NCBI GenBank assembly: GCA_037134295.1
Contig: JBAXMM010000001.1
Span: 1-32,081, forward strand
Reading direction: 5' to 3'
Length of the DNA stretch: 32,081 bases
Source of the DNA: a bacterium
Lineage (GTDB): Bacteria; Patescibacteriota; Saccharimonadia; CAILAD01; BJGX01
Below are positions 7,651 to 16,634 of this stretch, one piece after another; the stretch's first letter is position 1; each line of letters begins with the position of its first letter. Made by a program: the position numbers and the translations under genes. The notes beneath the pieces were generated by a model, which was not told the DNA's origin, searched no databases, and worked only from the letters and a program-made list of their open reading frames with translations.

Positions 7651-9411
7651 ATGCCAGATAGCGAGATCCTAGAGCCAACACCAACAAAGCGCATTTTTTA
7701 TCTGATGATATTAATGGGTATTTTTGGTTTTATAATGTTCGGCAAGCTCGTGTTTGTACAGGTGTTTCAAAATAAATTGTATCTAGAAAAAGCCAATGCC
7801 CAGCAGTCGCGCAAATTTGATATACCGGCGCGAAGAGGCCAGATATACGTCAACGATGGCAATGGTGCAGTCTATCCTATAGCTCTAAACCAGCAGTTAT
7901 TCTTGCTTGCGGCCGACCCTAAGTTTATCAAAGATCCATCTGACACAGTTAATAAGCTCAGTAGGTACTTGTCCAATGAAGAGACCGTCGACTTACAGAC
8001 AAAACTTAGCAATAAAGAAAATAGGTATTTGGTCATTAAAAAGTCACTCTCCTCATCTGATGCTATCGAAATAAAGAACCTAAAGCTGCCTGGTATTATT
8101 CTTAATTCTCAAGACGGTCGTAATTATCCCGAAGGTGAACTATTCGCACACATCACTGGCTACGTAAACCAAGACGGAGCAGGGCAGTATGGCATCGAAC
8201 AATTCTTGAATCCTAGCCTTTCTGGCAAGGGCGGGGTGAGTAGGGCTATCACAGATTCACTCGGTGTCCCGATTACATCCAATGAAAATACTATTATCAC
8301 ACCTGAGAACGGAAGTGATTTTGTTTTGACAATTGACCGCAATATCCAGCAAATGGCGGCTACAGCTATCGAAACTGCTGTCAAAAGCAATCAGGCCGAT
8401 TCTGGTAGCATCATAGTTATGGATCCTAAGACAGGAGCAATCCGCGCCATGGTTAACTATCCTAGTTATGACCCCAATAACTATCAGGCCGTCACAGCAG
8501 CTGACTACTTCAAGTTCATAAATAGCAATATTACCAACCAATTTGAACCGGGATCGGGCTTTAAAGTTATCACCATGGCCGCCGGCCTTGATACTGGCAA
8601 AGTTAAGCCCGACACCAAGTACGAAGATACCGGAGAAGCTAAAATAGACGATCGCGTAGTCAACAATGCTAATGATAAAAAGTACGGCATTTCTACTATG
8701 ACCGATGTCATACAAAAGTCACTCAATACCGGCGTTGTGTTTGTACTCAAGCAACTTGGTACCGACCCCGATAAGATAACAAGCAAAGGCAAGGAAGTTT
8801 TCTTTGAATACATCAAAAAATTTGGTTTTGGCGAGCGGACCGGAGTTGAACTAGCCGGCGAGGCTAAAGGATTTATCAAAAAACCAGATGGCTATAATGT
8901 TGATTATGCCAATATGAGCTTCGGGCAGGGCATATCTGTCACTAATCTCCAGCTAGCTAATTCAGTCTCAGCTATCGCTAACGGCGGAACTCTATATAAA
9001 CCCTATATAGTCGATAAAGAGACCAAGGCTAGTGGCGAGATCATCTTGAGCAAACCAACGGTTATTAGGAATGATGTAATGAGCCGCCAGTCGGCTGCAG
9101 AACTAGCCGAAATGATGAAGCAAGTCGTCCAGCACGGATCAGGTTGGCCAGCCCGAACCACTGGATATTCTATAGCAGGTAAAACGGGTACTGCCCAGGT
9201 ACCAAAGCCAGACGGAACGGGTTATGAGGAAAGTAAGAATATTGGTAGTTTCGTAGGCTTTGCACCCGTAGAGGACCCTAGGTTTGTGATTCTCGTCCGA
9301 GTTAACTATCCTCGGGTCGACGGCTTCGCCGAAAAAACCACTGTACCGGCTTTTGCTGAAGTGGCCAGACAGTTATTTATGTATTATCAGATAGCTCCGA
9401 GTGGGAATTAG
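7651..9411 (+). CDS. ftsI: Penicillin-binding protein, class B transpeptidase (FtsI/PBP2B type)
   Basis: N-terminal TM segment. SxxK (SGFK), SxN (SLN) and KTG (KTGTA) motifs in the expected order. dcw context. Confidence 0.88.
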   Translation: MPDSEILEPTPTKRIFYLMILMGIFGFIMFGKLVFVQVFQNKLYLEKANAQQSRKFDIPARRGQIYVNDGNGAVYPIALNQQLFLLAADPKFIKDPSDTVNKLSRYLSNEETVDLQTKLSNKENRYLVIKKSLSSSDAIEIKNLKLPGIILNSQDGRNYPEGELFAHITGYVNQDGAGQYGIEQFLNPSLSGKGGVSRAITDSLGVPITSNENTIITPENGSDFVLTIDRNIQQMAATAIETAVKSNQADSGSIIVMDPKTGAIRAMVNYPSYDPNNYQAVTAADYFKFINSNITNQFEPGSGFKVITMAAGLDTGKVKPDTKYEDTGEAKIDDRVVNNANDKKYGISTMTDVIQKSLNTGVVFVLKQLGTDPDKITSKGKEVFFEYIKKFGFGERTGVELAGEAKGFIKKPDGYNVDYANMSFGQGISVTNLQLANSVSAIANGGTLYKPYIVDKETKASGEIILSKPTVIRNDVMSRQSAAELAEMMKQVVQHGSGWPARTTGYSIAGKTGTAQVPKPDGTGYEESKNIGSFVGFAPVEDPRFVILVRVNYPRVDGFAEKTTVPAFAEVARQLFMYYQIAPSGN

Positions 9412-9441
9412 GGCTATTTCTTGCTAAAATAAAGGAACACT

Positions 9442-10467
9442 ATGACAGAACAACAGTTAATTCAGAATTTCAGCTTTATATTCATCCAGGTATCACTTGG
9501 CTTTGGCATTGCCATAGCTCTGACACCCATCTATACCCACTTTGCTTTTAGGCTAAAGCTCTGGAAAAAAATGCGCGAAACTACCACAACTGGCGAAAAA
9601 GCTACAGTGTTTGCTAGCTTGCATGCCGAGAAGCACAAACGCAATATTCCAACCATGGCCGGCATAGTTATGATTGTAGCAATCACCCTTGTCACCCTTA
9701 CATTGAACCTTTCAAGGTCACAGACCTACCTGCCACTTTTTGGACTGCTAGCAGCGGGAGCTATTGGATTGCTCGATGACATAATCAATATACGAGGCTC
9801 AGGCAAAGGTGTAGCTGGTTTAAAAAGTATTATAAAGTTTTCACTAATTTTACTGATTGCCATAGCAGGAGCACTGTACTTTTACTTTAAGCTCGGCTAC
9901 GGAATGATACATATCCCCGCGGTTGGAAATTTCGAAATAGGCATCCTATATATACCACTATTTATATTGGTGATTGTTTCAACTGCTAATGCTGTCAATA
10001 TTACAGATGGTCTCGATGGCCTCTCGGGGGGATTATTGGCTACATCTTTTGGAGCTTTTGCTATTATTGCTCTGGCGCAAGGCAATATCGGAATAGCCGG
10101 CTTTTGTATGGCTACGGCAGGCGCAGTACTTGCATACACGTGGTTCAATATTTTTCCAGCAAGGTTCTTTATGGGAGACGTTGGCTCTTTTGCCCTCGGT
10201 ACTGCCCTTGGAATTGTCGCAATGCTAACTAATTCAGTTTTTGTATTGCCAATCATCGGCTTGGTATTTGTAGCTGAAGCTGGGTCGAGTGTTATTCAGA
10301 TTTTATCTAAAAGAATTTTTAAGCGCAAAATATTTATATCAGCTCCACTTCATCATCACCTTGAAGCCATGGGCTGGCCAGAAACCAAAGTTACCATGCG
10401 GCTCTGGATTATAGGAGGTATTTGTGCTGGACTCGGCGTCATGATCGCACTGGTCGGCAAAGGATAA
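9442..10467 (+). CDS. mraY: Phospho-N-acetylmuramoyl-pentapeptide transferase MraY
   Basis: NAVNITDGLDGLSGG, FMGDVGSFALG, PLHHHLE; polytopic membrane protein. Confidence 0.93.
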   Translation: MTEQQLIQNFSFIFIQVSLGFGIAIALTPIYTHFAFRLKLWKKMRETTTTGEKATVFASLHAEKHKRNIPTMAGIVMIVAITLVTLTLNLSRSQTYLPLFGLLAAGAIGLLDDIINIRGSGKGVAGLKSIIKFSLILLIAIAGALYFYFKLGYGMIHIPAVGNFEIGILYIPLFILVIVSTANAVNITDGLDGLSGGLLATSFGAFAIIALAQGNIGIAGFCMATAGAVLAYTWFNIFPARFFMGDVGSFALGTALGIVAMLTNSVFVLPIIGLVFVAEAGSSVIQILSKRIFKRKIFISAPLHHHLEAMGWPETKVTMRLWIIGGICAGLGVMIALVGKG

Positions 10468-10470
10468 CAA

Positions 10471-11700
10471 ATGGAACAACGCCAAAAACAAAAAAAAGCA
10501 ATCTTTTATAAACACCGACCAGACTATATGCTAACTCTTTTAGTTCTGGCGTTGGTAGGTGTAGGGCTAGTTCTTATTTACTCCACGGGGTGGATTGCAG
10601 TGCTAAAACGAACTTCGGGTACTAGTGACACTAATAGTTTTTTCATAACCCAGTCTGTCGGTATGTTACTTGGTATTATTGGCTGGTTTGCAGCAAGTAA
10701 AATCGACTATCACTTCTGGCAAAAACATGCCACACCAATTTTTATAGCTACAATTGTGCTGATGTTTTTGGTTTTGGTCCCGGGCTTATCAATTAGCAGT
10801 GGTGGAGCCTCTAGGTGGGTAAAACTAGCCTTCTTTAGTTTTCAGCCTGTCGAGTTTTTTAAGATAGGCGCAGTAATATTCATGGCTGCGTGGCTGACAA
10901 AAAACAAGAAAAACCTATCTAAGCCTATCGAAGGATTACTGCCATTTTTAATAATAATTTTTGTAATCGCGTTTTTGGCTGTTTTAATACAAAAAGATAT
11001 GGGAAGTGCCATGGTAATAATATCCACGATGCTAGTCATGTATTTTGTGTCTGGTGTTCAGTGGTGGAGTGCAGCGATTGCTACACTGGTACTTGGTGGC
11101 GGAGCAGGACTACTAGCGATACTTGCTCCTTATCGGATTGCCAGACTTACTACTTTTTTTAATCACTCCGAAGATGCATCTGGAGCAGGTTATCATATTA
11201 ACCAAGCTTTAATTGCCATTGGTAGCGGGGGCATATTCGGCAGAGGGCTAGGTAAAAGCCTCCAGGCCTATGGCTATCTTCCTGAGGCGACCAACGACTC
11301 TATCTTTGCGATTATAGGAGAGGAGTTTGGCTTGGTTGGCACGACTCTATTAATTACAGCTTTTGCACTATTGTTTTGGAGGGGTGTCAGGATAGCGCGA
11401 ACGGCACCTGATAATTTTGGTAGACTGCTTGCTAGTGGTATTATATTCTGGATAACATTCCAGGCATTGATCAATATATCAGCTATGCTAAATTTGATTC
11501 CACTGACTGGCATAACACTGCCGTTTATTAGCTATGGAGGTACCAGTATTCTGGCATTGCTAACGGCGGTAGGAATATTACAGAACATTTCTAAATACAC
11601 CTATAAGGAGGTCTATGATGAAGATCCTAGTAGCGGGGGGCGGAACAGCCGGGCACATATCGCCGGTACTCGCCGTCATCGCGTCACTTCACGAGCTTAG
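10471..11700 (+). CDS. ftsW: SEDS-family peptidoglycan polymerase FtsW
   Basis: GLGKSLQAYGYLPEATNDSIFAIIGEEFGLVG and LPFISYGGTS; about 10 TM helices. The 3' end overlaps murG by 86 nt. Confidence 0.88.
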   Translation: MEQRQKQKKAIFYKHRPDYMLTLLVLALVGVGLVLIYSTGWIAVLKRTSGTSDTNSFFITQSVGMLLGIIGWFAASKIDYHFWQKHATPIFIATIVLMFLVLVPGLSISSGGASRWVKLAFFSFQPVEFFKIGAVIFMAAWLTKNKKNLSKPIEGLLPFLIIIFVIAFLAVLIQKDMGSAMVIISTMLVMYFVSGVQWWSAAIATLVLGGGAGLLAILAPYRIARLTTFFNHSEDASGAGYHINQALIAIGSGGIFGRGLGKSLQAYGYLPEATNDSIFAIIGEEFGLVGTTLLITAFALLFWRGVRIARTAPDNFGRLLASGIIFWITFQALINISAMLNLIPLTGITLPFISYGGTSILALLTAVGILQNISKYTYKEVYDEDPSSGGRNSRAHIAGTRRHRVTSRA

Positions 11701-12769
11701 TCCTGACACCGAAATATTATTCGTTTGTTCGGGTAACGATTACGAAACTAGCTTGCTCAAGCATAGTGGTATTAACTATAAAATAATACCCAGCGGCAAA
11801 TTCAGAAGGTACGGCCGAGGCAAGCTACGCGAAATAGCAGATATTAAAACCCAGGCCCTAAATGCTGCTGACATTTTAAAAACAATCAAGGGCTATTCCT
11901 ATAGTCGCAAAATAATTAAGCAGTTTAAGCCAGACGTGGTATTTATTAAGGGCGGACATGTCGGATTGCCTGTTGGGCTGGCAGCTACACACCTAGGCAT
12001 CCCGTATGTCATACACGAGAGTGATGTAGTGATGGGCAAGGCAAATAGCATCTTAGCCAAGCGAGCCTCGGCAATCGGAGTTAGCTTTCCTAAGTCCGCC
12101 TATAGTAGTGTCGAGGATTCGTCAAAGCTTTATTTTACAGGTAACCCTGTGCGACCAGAGTACTATATAAACGCCGATCCAATAGAAAAAAAACCTAATG
12201 AACAAAAACCGAACATTATGATCTTTGCTGGATCTCAGGGGGCGGAATTCATCAACAACTTGGTGTTCGACAATATCGAGCTTTTGACTAAAAACTTTAA
12301 TATCTTGCACATAGCAGGCAAGCAGGGAATTGAGCGTGCCCGCTTTATGCGGCACAGGTTACTATCAGAGTATAAACACAGCTACGATCCGCACGGTTTT
12401 TTGACGGGCGAGATGTTGGCCGCATATCGATGGTCAGATATTGTAGTTGCAAGGGCGGGAATGAATTCGATTTCTGAGCTTGCGGCATTATCAAAACCAT
12501 CAATTGTAATCCCGCTGCCAAGCTCAACCAACCAACACCAGCTTAAAAATGCCCAGTACCTTGCAAGGCACGGGGCAGTGAGGCTACTGTTGCAGGATGA
12601 CCTCCAGGGAGTTAGACTGATCAACGAAATTTCTAAACTCGTTAGTGATCCGAGCTCTATGCAGTATCTCGCTAAAACAATACATAAATTCTTTAATCCA
12701 GATGCTTCAATTTCGCTAGCTAAAATAATCATATCGCTGGCCGCTAAAAGCAAAGGGCCAACAAGTTGA
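11615..12769 (+). CDS. murG: UDP-N-acetylglucosamine--lipid I GlcNAc transferase MurG
   Basis: ILVAGGGTAGHISP glycine loop and a C-terminal GT28 domain (ARAGMNSISELAALSKPSIVIPLP). GGAGG RBS before ATGATG. Confidence 0.9.
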   Translation: MMKILVAGGGTAGHISPVLAVIASLHELSPDTEILFVCSGNDYETSLLKHSGINYKIIPSGKFRRYGRGKLREIADIKTQALNAADILKTIKGYSYSRKIIKQFKPDVVFIKGGHVGLPVGLAATHLGIPYVIHESDVVMGKANSILAKRASAIGVSFPKSAYSSVEDSSKLYFTGNPVRPEYYINADPIEKKPNEQKPNIMIFAGSQGAEFINNLVFDNIELLTKNFNILHIAGKQGIERARFMRHRLLSEYKHSYDPHGFLTGEMLAAYRWSDIVVARAGMNSISELAALSKPSIVIPLPSSTNQHQLKNAQYLARHGAVRLLLQDDLQGVRLINEISKLVSDPSSMQYLAKTIHKFFNPDASISLAKIIISLAAKSKGPTS

Positions 12770-13593
12770 GTAAACGCCAAGTTAAAAGATCCTACGAATT
12801 TACACCACTCGAACAGACCAGTGTAAAATCTGGTTCCAGTATAGCTAAGCAGCCGCGCCAAATTAGATGGTGGAGACTAATACTAAAATTGTCTCCGTAT
12901 ATTCTTTTAATTGGCATTATTGTAGGTGTGGTGTTCTTTTCTAGTATTTTTCGAATCGACAAGGTATATGTACAAGGACCGAACACAGAGCTCTCAAAGG
13001 GGCTCAATGATGAAGTGACAAAATACCTCAAGTCCAGCTTAGCAGGGAAGAACTGGCTTTTTCTCGATACCAACAGCCTGAAGGGAAGGCTGCAAAAAAC
13101 TTTCACAGGCCAAGAGGCAATAATGGTAGAGAAGCAATTTCCTAATAAATTGATAGTTAAGACGGACGAACAAAAATCGGCTATAGTATGGAAAACTGGA
13201 AGTAAAAAATACATCGTTTCAATCAACGGCCGAGTTATGAGCGAGCTTCAGGGCGAAAATAATACAGGCCTAGCTGTATTAACAGATAGTAGTAGCTTGC
13301 CGGTAGATGTAGGCAACAAAATACTTTCACGAGATTTCGTGAGTTTTGCAATTAAAGTTTGCGATTATGTTAAGGCCAAATCACTCGGACCAGAGCAGAT
13401 CTATATCACTGAAACTACCAAAGAGCTGCTCGTTAAGACTACTGCAGGATATGAAATCAAATTTAATACTGAAGAGACACCCGACGCCCAGCTTAGATCT
13501 CTTCAAGCAACACTAGACCTCCTGGCTTCTCAAAACAAGCAAGCTACCCAGTATATAGATCTGCGTGTGCCAGGCCGAGCGTTTTATAAGTAA
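12766..13593 (+). CDS. ftsQ: FtsQ/DivIB-like cell division protein (TM plus POTRA)
   Basis: TTG start overlapping the murG stop (TTGA). TM segment ILLIGIIVGVVFFSSIF followed by IDKVYVQG, typical of a POTRA start. Last gene of the dcw run. Confidence 0.6.
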   Translation: MSKRQVKRSYEFTPLEQTSVKSGSSIAKQPRQIRWWRLILKLSPYILLIGIIVGVVFFSSIFRIDKVYVQGPNTELSKGLNDEVTKYLKSSLAGKNWLFLDTNSLKGRLQKTFTGQEAIMVEKQFPNKLIVKTDEQKSAIVWKTGSKKYIVSINGRVMSELQGENNTGLAVLTDSSSLPVDVGNKILSRDFVSFAIKVCDYVKAKSLGPEQIYITETTKELLVKTTAGYEIKFNTEETPDAQLRSLQATLDLLASQNKQATQYIDLRVPGRAFYK

Positions 13594-13803
13594 CTCAATG
13601 ATAGAAGCCCAATAAGGCTGAAATCCTCTAACCCCTCTCCTAGTTCGGTTTTTGTTTATTAGTACTTTTTATTATAAAACAATCTAAGTACAGAGCAATT
13701 ACAAACTGAGCGCCATAATATAAAAAAAACAAAAAAAAATAGGGAAGTCGAATAAAATACAAATAATGCCATTTAAGTTGTTATTTGAGTATTAGTAACA
13801 ATA

Positions 13804-13840
13804 ATGTCGCAAAAGATATATTGTGCGACATAGTATTTTT
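13804..13840. terminator. Hairpin in the convergent spacer, possible bidirectional terminator
   Basis: ATGTCGCA (13804-13811) pairs with TGCGACAT (13824-13831); 12-nt loop; TTTTT at 13835-13839 on the plus strand. Confidence 0.4.
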
Positions 13841-13912
13841 ATGAAGTAGTTGGGTGTTAGTATAGGTCTTTTGCTTATATAAAAGCAAAACTAGCCTACA
13901 TTTCAAAGAGTG

Positions 13913-16579
13913 CTATTTTTTGTAGTGCTTCTTGTGCCGGTTATTTTGGCTGGGGCCGTGGTCTTTGTTTTTTATCATATCACTGTACCTTTTTGGTTCG
14001 ACGCCATGGAGCTCTGGTTTATTTTGCCTCGCCTGAGTCTCTCTAGGGGCTGTCTGACTGTTCGCTTGGCCGTAGGCAGGCCTAGCGTTACTAGAGCCAT
14101 CATTTCGATTGGCAGCGTCTTTGGGGTCCGGTGGTGCTGCCCACTCGCCGATAATCTGCTCTACTTCCGTTCTTGGTATCGAATAATGATGTCTAGAATG
14201 CTCGATAATAGCAGCTGTATGATCGTCAGATGGTGGTGGCATGTTCAGGCTTTGTGCGCTAAAAGGAATGGACGTTTGGCCATCGATACTCATCGACACA
14301 TAGATATTTCGTTTGTCCAGATTTACCAAGTCGATTGGCTCAAAAGTTGGCTCAAAGTATTTAGACAAATATTGTGCGTCATCAGCACCTACCCTGAAGG
14401 TTACCATAGACCCAACATTACCAAAAACAGCGTCCCTAACCTCTTCTGGCATCTGTGAGACGTACTGATTAGCTACGGTTAACCTTAGGCCGTACTTACG
14501 TGCTTCAGATAAAATTACTGCAAAAGATTCTGTTGCAAAATTCTGGAATTCATCTACATAAAGATAAAAAGGTCGCCTAGCTGTGATATCTGAAATGTCC
14601 GAACGACTCATTGCATCGAGTTGTATCTTGGTGATTATAAGCGAGCCTAAAATAGCGGCATTGTCTTCACCAATTAGACCGCGGCTGAGGTTTACAATAA
14701 TAATTTTCCCCTCATCCATTGCCTTTCGTATCGAGAACGAACTATTTGGCTGACCGATAATATTGCGCACTATTGGAACGGCTGTAAAAGCCCCGACTTT
14801 ATTTAAAACCGGCTGTACGGCCTCGGCTGCAAATTTATCATTCCAACTAGCAAACTCTGTTAGCCAGAAAGCTTTTACAACTGGGTCGGCTACATTATCG
14901 ACTATCATTTTGCGATAGTTTTTGTCAGTTAGCATACGTGTTATACCAAGCATTGTGGTCCCTGGAGTCTCCAGCAGTGCTAGTAACGTAAACCGTAAGA
15001 TATGCTCAAGCCTTGGACCCCAGCTATCTCCAAACATCTTTTTTAAGACACCAACGATTTCAGATGCAATGTTATTACGTCTGTTAACATCGGTATATTC
15101 CATGGGGTTAAAAGCAACCGGAAAGTCAACATCATCAGGATTAATATATATCACATCCTTAACGCGGTGTTCAGGAATAAAGCGCATGATGTCTTGAGCC
15201 AAATCGCCGTGCGGGTCAACAATAGCAAAACCTTCATCTTGATGAATATCAGATAGTGCCAGAAGATTAAGCATAAAAGACTTACCTACCCCGCTCTTAC
15301 CAATTACATAAAGGTGCCGTTCGCGGTCAATTCTTTTGATTCCAAATTTTATATTGCCCTGCCTAAAGGTTGTGCTTCCAAACAAACTCAGCTCCTCTGC
15401 CTTGGTGTTGGCTAGGGTCGGTAAGCCCGCTGGTGGCTCCCCTACTTTAGTCGAAGTATAGGCAATATTAGGGGTTTCTACGCTGGTGTGCGGCAAATGA
15501 AAAACACTAGCGACCTCTTCGATATTCAGAATGTAGCCAGAGTCATCAAACAGCCTCTGCTGGTAGGCCGCTATAGCGGGCTGCCCCTCTACCATCGGGG
15601 TGCCTCCAAATCCGTTGAGATTGATGGTATTAAATTGCTTAAAACCACCTACTAGAGCTTGCAGGCGTTGTTTTGCTGCCTGCTCGCTTATTCCGATATA
15701 GCAGACTCGTATTTTAACAGCATAGCCAAGTTTTTGGGCCTTGGTTTCAACAGCTGTAAGAAGCGTGGTTTGTCCCGTGGAGAGTTCTTTTTTATCAGGC
15801 TTAGATTTTGGTGCAGACTTTGCTTGGTAGATACTGGGTGTAAATGCCGCCGAAGCTAATAGCCTGGTGAACTTAAAGGGCGAATTAAGTGTTCTGCTCT
15901 GCCAATTGTCAAAGATGCCAGACTGCTTGCCATTTCGGACTTCATCGATATACTGCAAAGATTTAGAATGCCAGTTGTCATTGACGGGTTCGAGTAGCAT
16001 TTGAATCCACATCTCCTCATCATTTCCGAGGCTCGATAAAACAGTAGTCAAGCCAGCCAGGGGATCTACCTCAAAAGTCAAAAAGGTTTTGATCGGGAAA
16101 ATTTCGTCTTTAGTAAGCACTATCTCCGTTGCGAAGGCACTCTTGCCAGCCAAATCTTTTGTGCTGTAATCCGTATCCATGGGTGTAATCTGTACTAGCG
16201 GATACTGGGCATAAACCTGGCTTTCAATATAGTCCTTGAGGTGTTTCGGGCACCAAACATAAAAATAAATTAAATGGTCGTGTGAAACTATCTCGAAGCT
16301 GATATGCTCCTGGATACTACCATCATCTCCGACGGGTCTCAATATTCCGTGCAGACTAGCAAAGAGCTGCTCGGCCGAAAGCTCTTTTTTTTCGTTATCT
16401 TTAGGAACAATAATTTGCAACAGAACATGCTCCGAACGCTCTATGTAGGAAACTTTTTGGTTGTTTTTCCAAATTTTGTAAGCAAACCAACCAGCCACAA
16501 GTAGCCATCCCCAGAATTCAAATAGTACGGTATTCACTACCTGAGCAATCGTTATAAAAATAGTGCTTAAGATTTCCAT
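13913..16579 (-). CDS. Membrane-anchored P-loop ATPase of the VirD4/TraD coupling-protein (FtsK-HerA superfamily) type with a large unassigned N-terminal domain
   Basis: N-terminal hydrophobic segment (aa 5-36). Walker A GKSGVGKS (aa 427-434, nt 15278-15301), IVDPHGDL, Walker B LYVDEFQNF (aa 673-681), SEARKYGLRLTVANQ. Basic low-complexity C-terminal tail. Confidence 0.75.
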   Translation of the reverse strand: MEILSTIFITIAQVVNTVLFEFWGWLLVAGWFAYKIWKNNQKVSYIERSEHVLLQIIVPKDNEKKELSAEQLFASLHGILRPVGDDGSIQEHISFEIVSHDHLIYFYVWCPKHLKDYIESQVYAQYPLVQITPMDTDYSTKDLAGKSAFATEIVLTKDEIFPIKTFLTFEVDPLAGLTTVLSSLGNDEEMWIQMLLEPVNDNWHSKSLQYIDEVRNGKQSGIFDNWQSRTLNSPFKFTRLLASAAFTPSIYQAKSAPKSKPDKKELSTGQTTLLTAVETKAQKLGYAVKIRVCYIGISEQAAKQRLQALVGGFKQFNTINLNGFGGTPMVEGQPAIAAYQQRLFDDSGYILNIEEVASVFHLPHTSVETPNIAYTSTKVGEPPAGLPTLANTKAEELSLFGSTTFRQGNIKFGIKRIDRERHLYVIGKSGVGKSFMLNLLALSDIHQDEGFAIVDPHGDLAQDIMRFIPEHRVKDVIYINPDDVDFPVAFNPMEYTDVNRRNNIASEIVGVLKKMFGDSWGPRLEHILRFTLLALLETPGTTMLGITRMLTDKNYRKMIVDNVADPVVKAFWLTEFASWNDKFAAEAVQPVLNKVGAFTAVPIVRNIIGQPNSSFSIRKAMDEGKIIIVNLSRGLIGEDNAAILGSLIITKIQLDAMSRSDISDITARRPFYLYVDEFQNFATESFAVILSEARKYGLRLTVANQYVSQMPEEVRDAVFGNVGSMVTFRVGADDAQYLSKYFEPTFEPIDLVNLDKRNIYVSMSIDGQTSIPFSAQSLNMPPPSDDHTAAIIEHSRHHYSIPRTEVEQIIGEWAAPPDPKDAANRNDGSSNARPAYGQANSQTAPRETQARQNKPELHGVEPKRYSDMIKNKDHGPSQNNRHKKHYKK

Positions 16580-16634
16580 ATTGTGTTTCTATTATTGTAC
16601 TTAATTTATGCCCTTTTAGCTAACTGCTTGAGCT

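Noticed and set aside
13594-13912. The 319-bp AT-rich convergent spacer as a site of a hidden gene or RNA
   Set aside because: It contains only very short ORFs without RBSs and two AT-rich hairpins (13804-13831 and about 13871-13892) consistent with terminators. Nothing further is supported by the sequence alone.
13910-14458. 182-aa plus-strand ORF
   Set aside because: It lies entirely antisense to the 3' end of the 888-aa ATPase gene. Its composition is Cys/Trp/Arg-rich and it has no RBS, so it is a shadow ORF.
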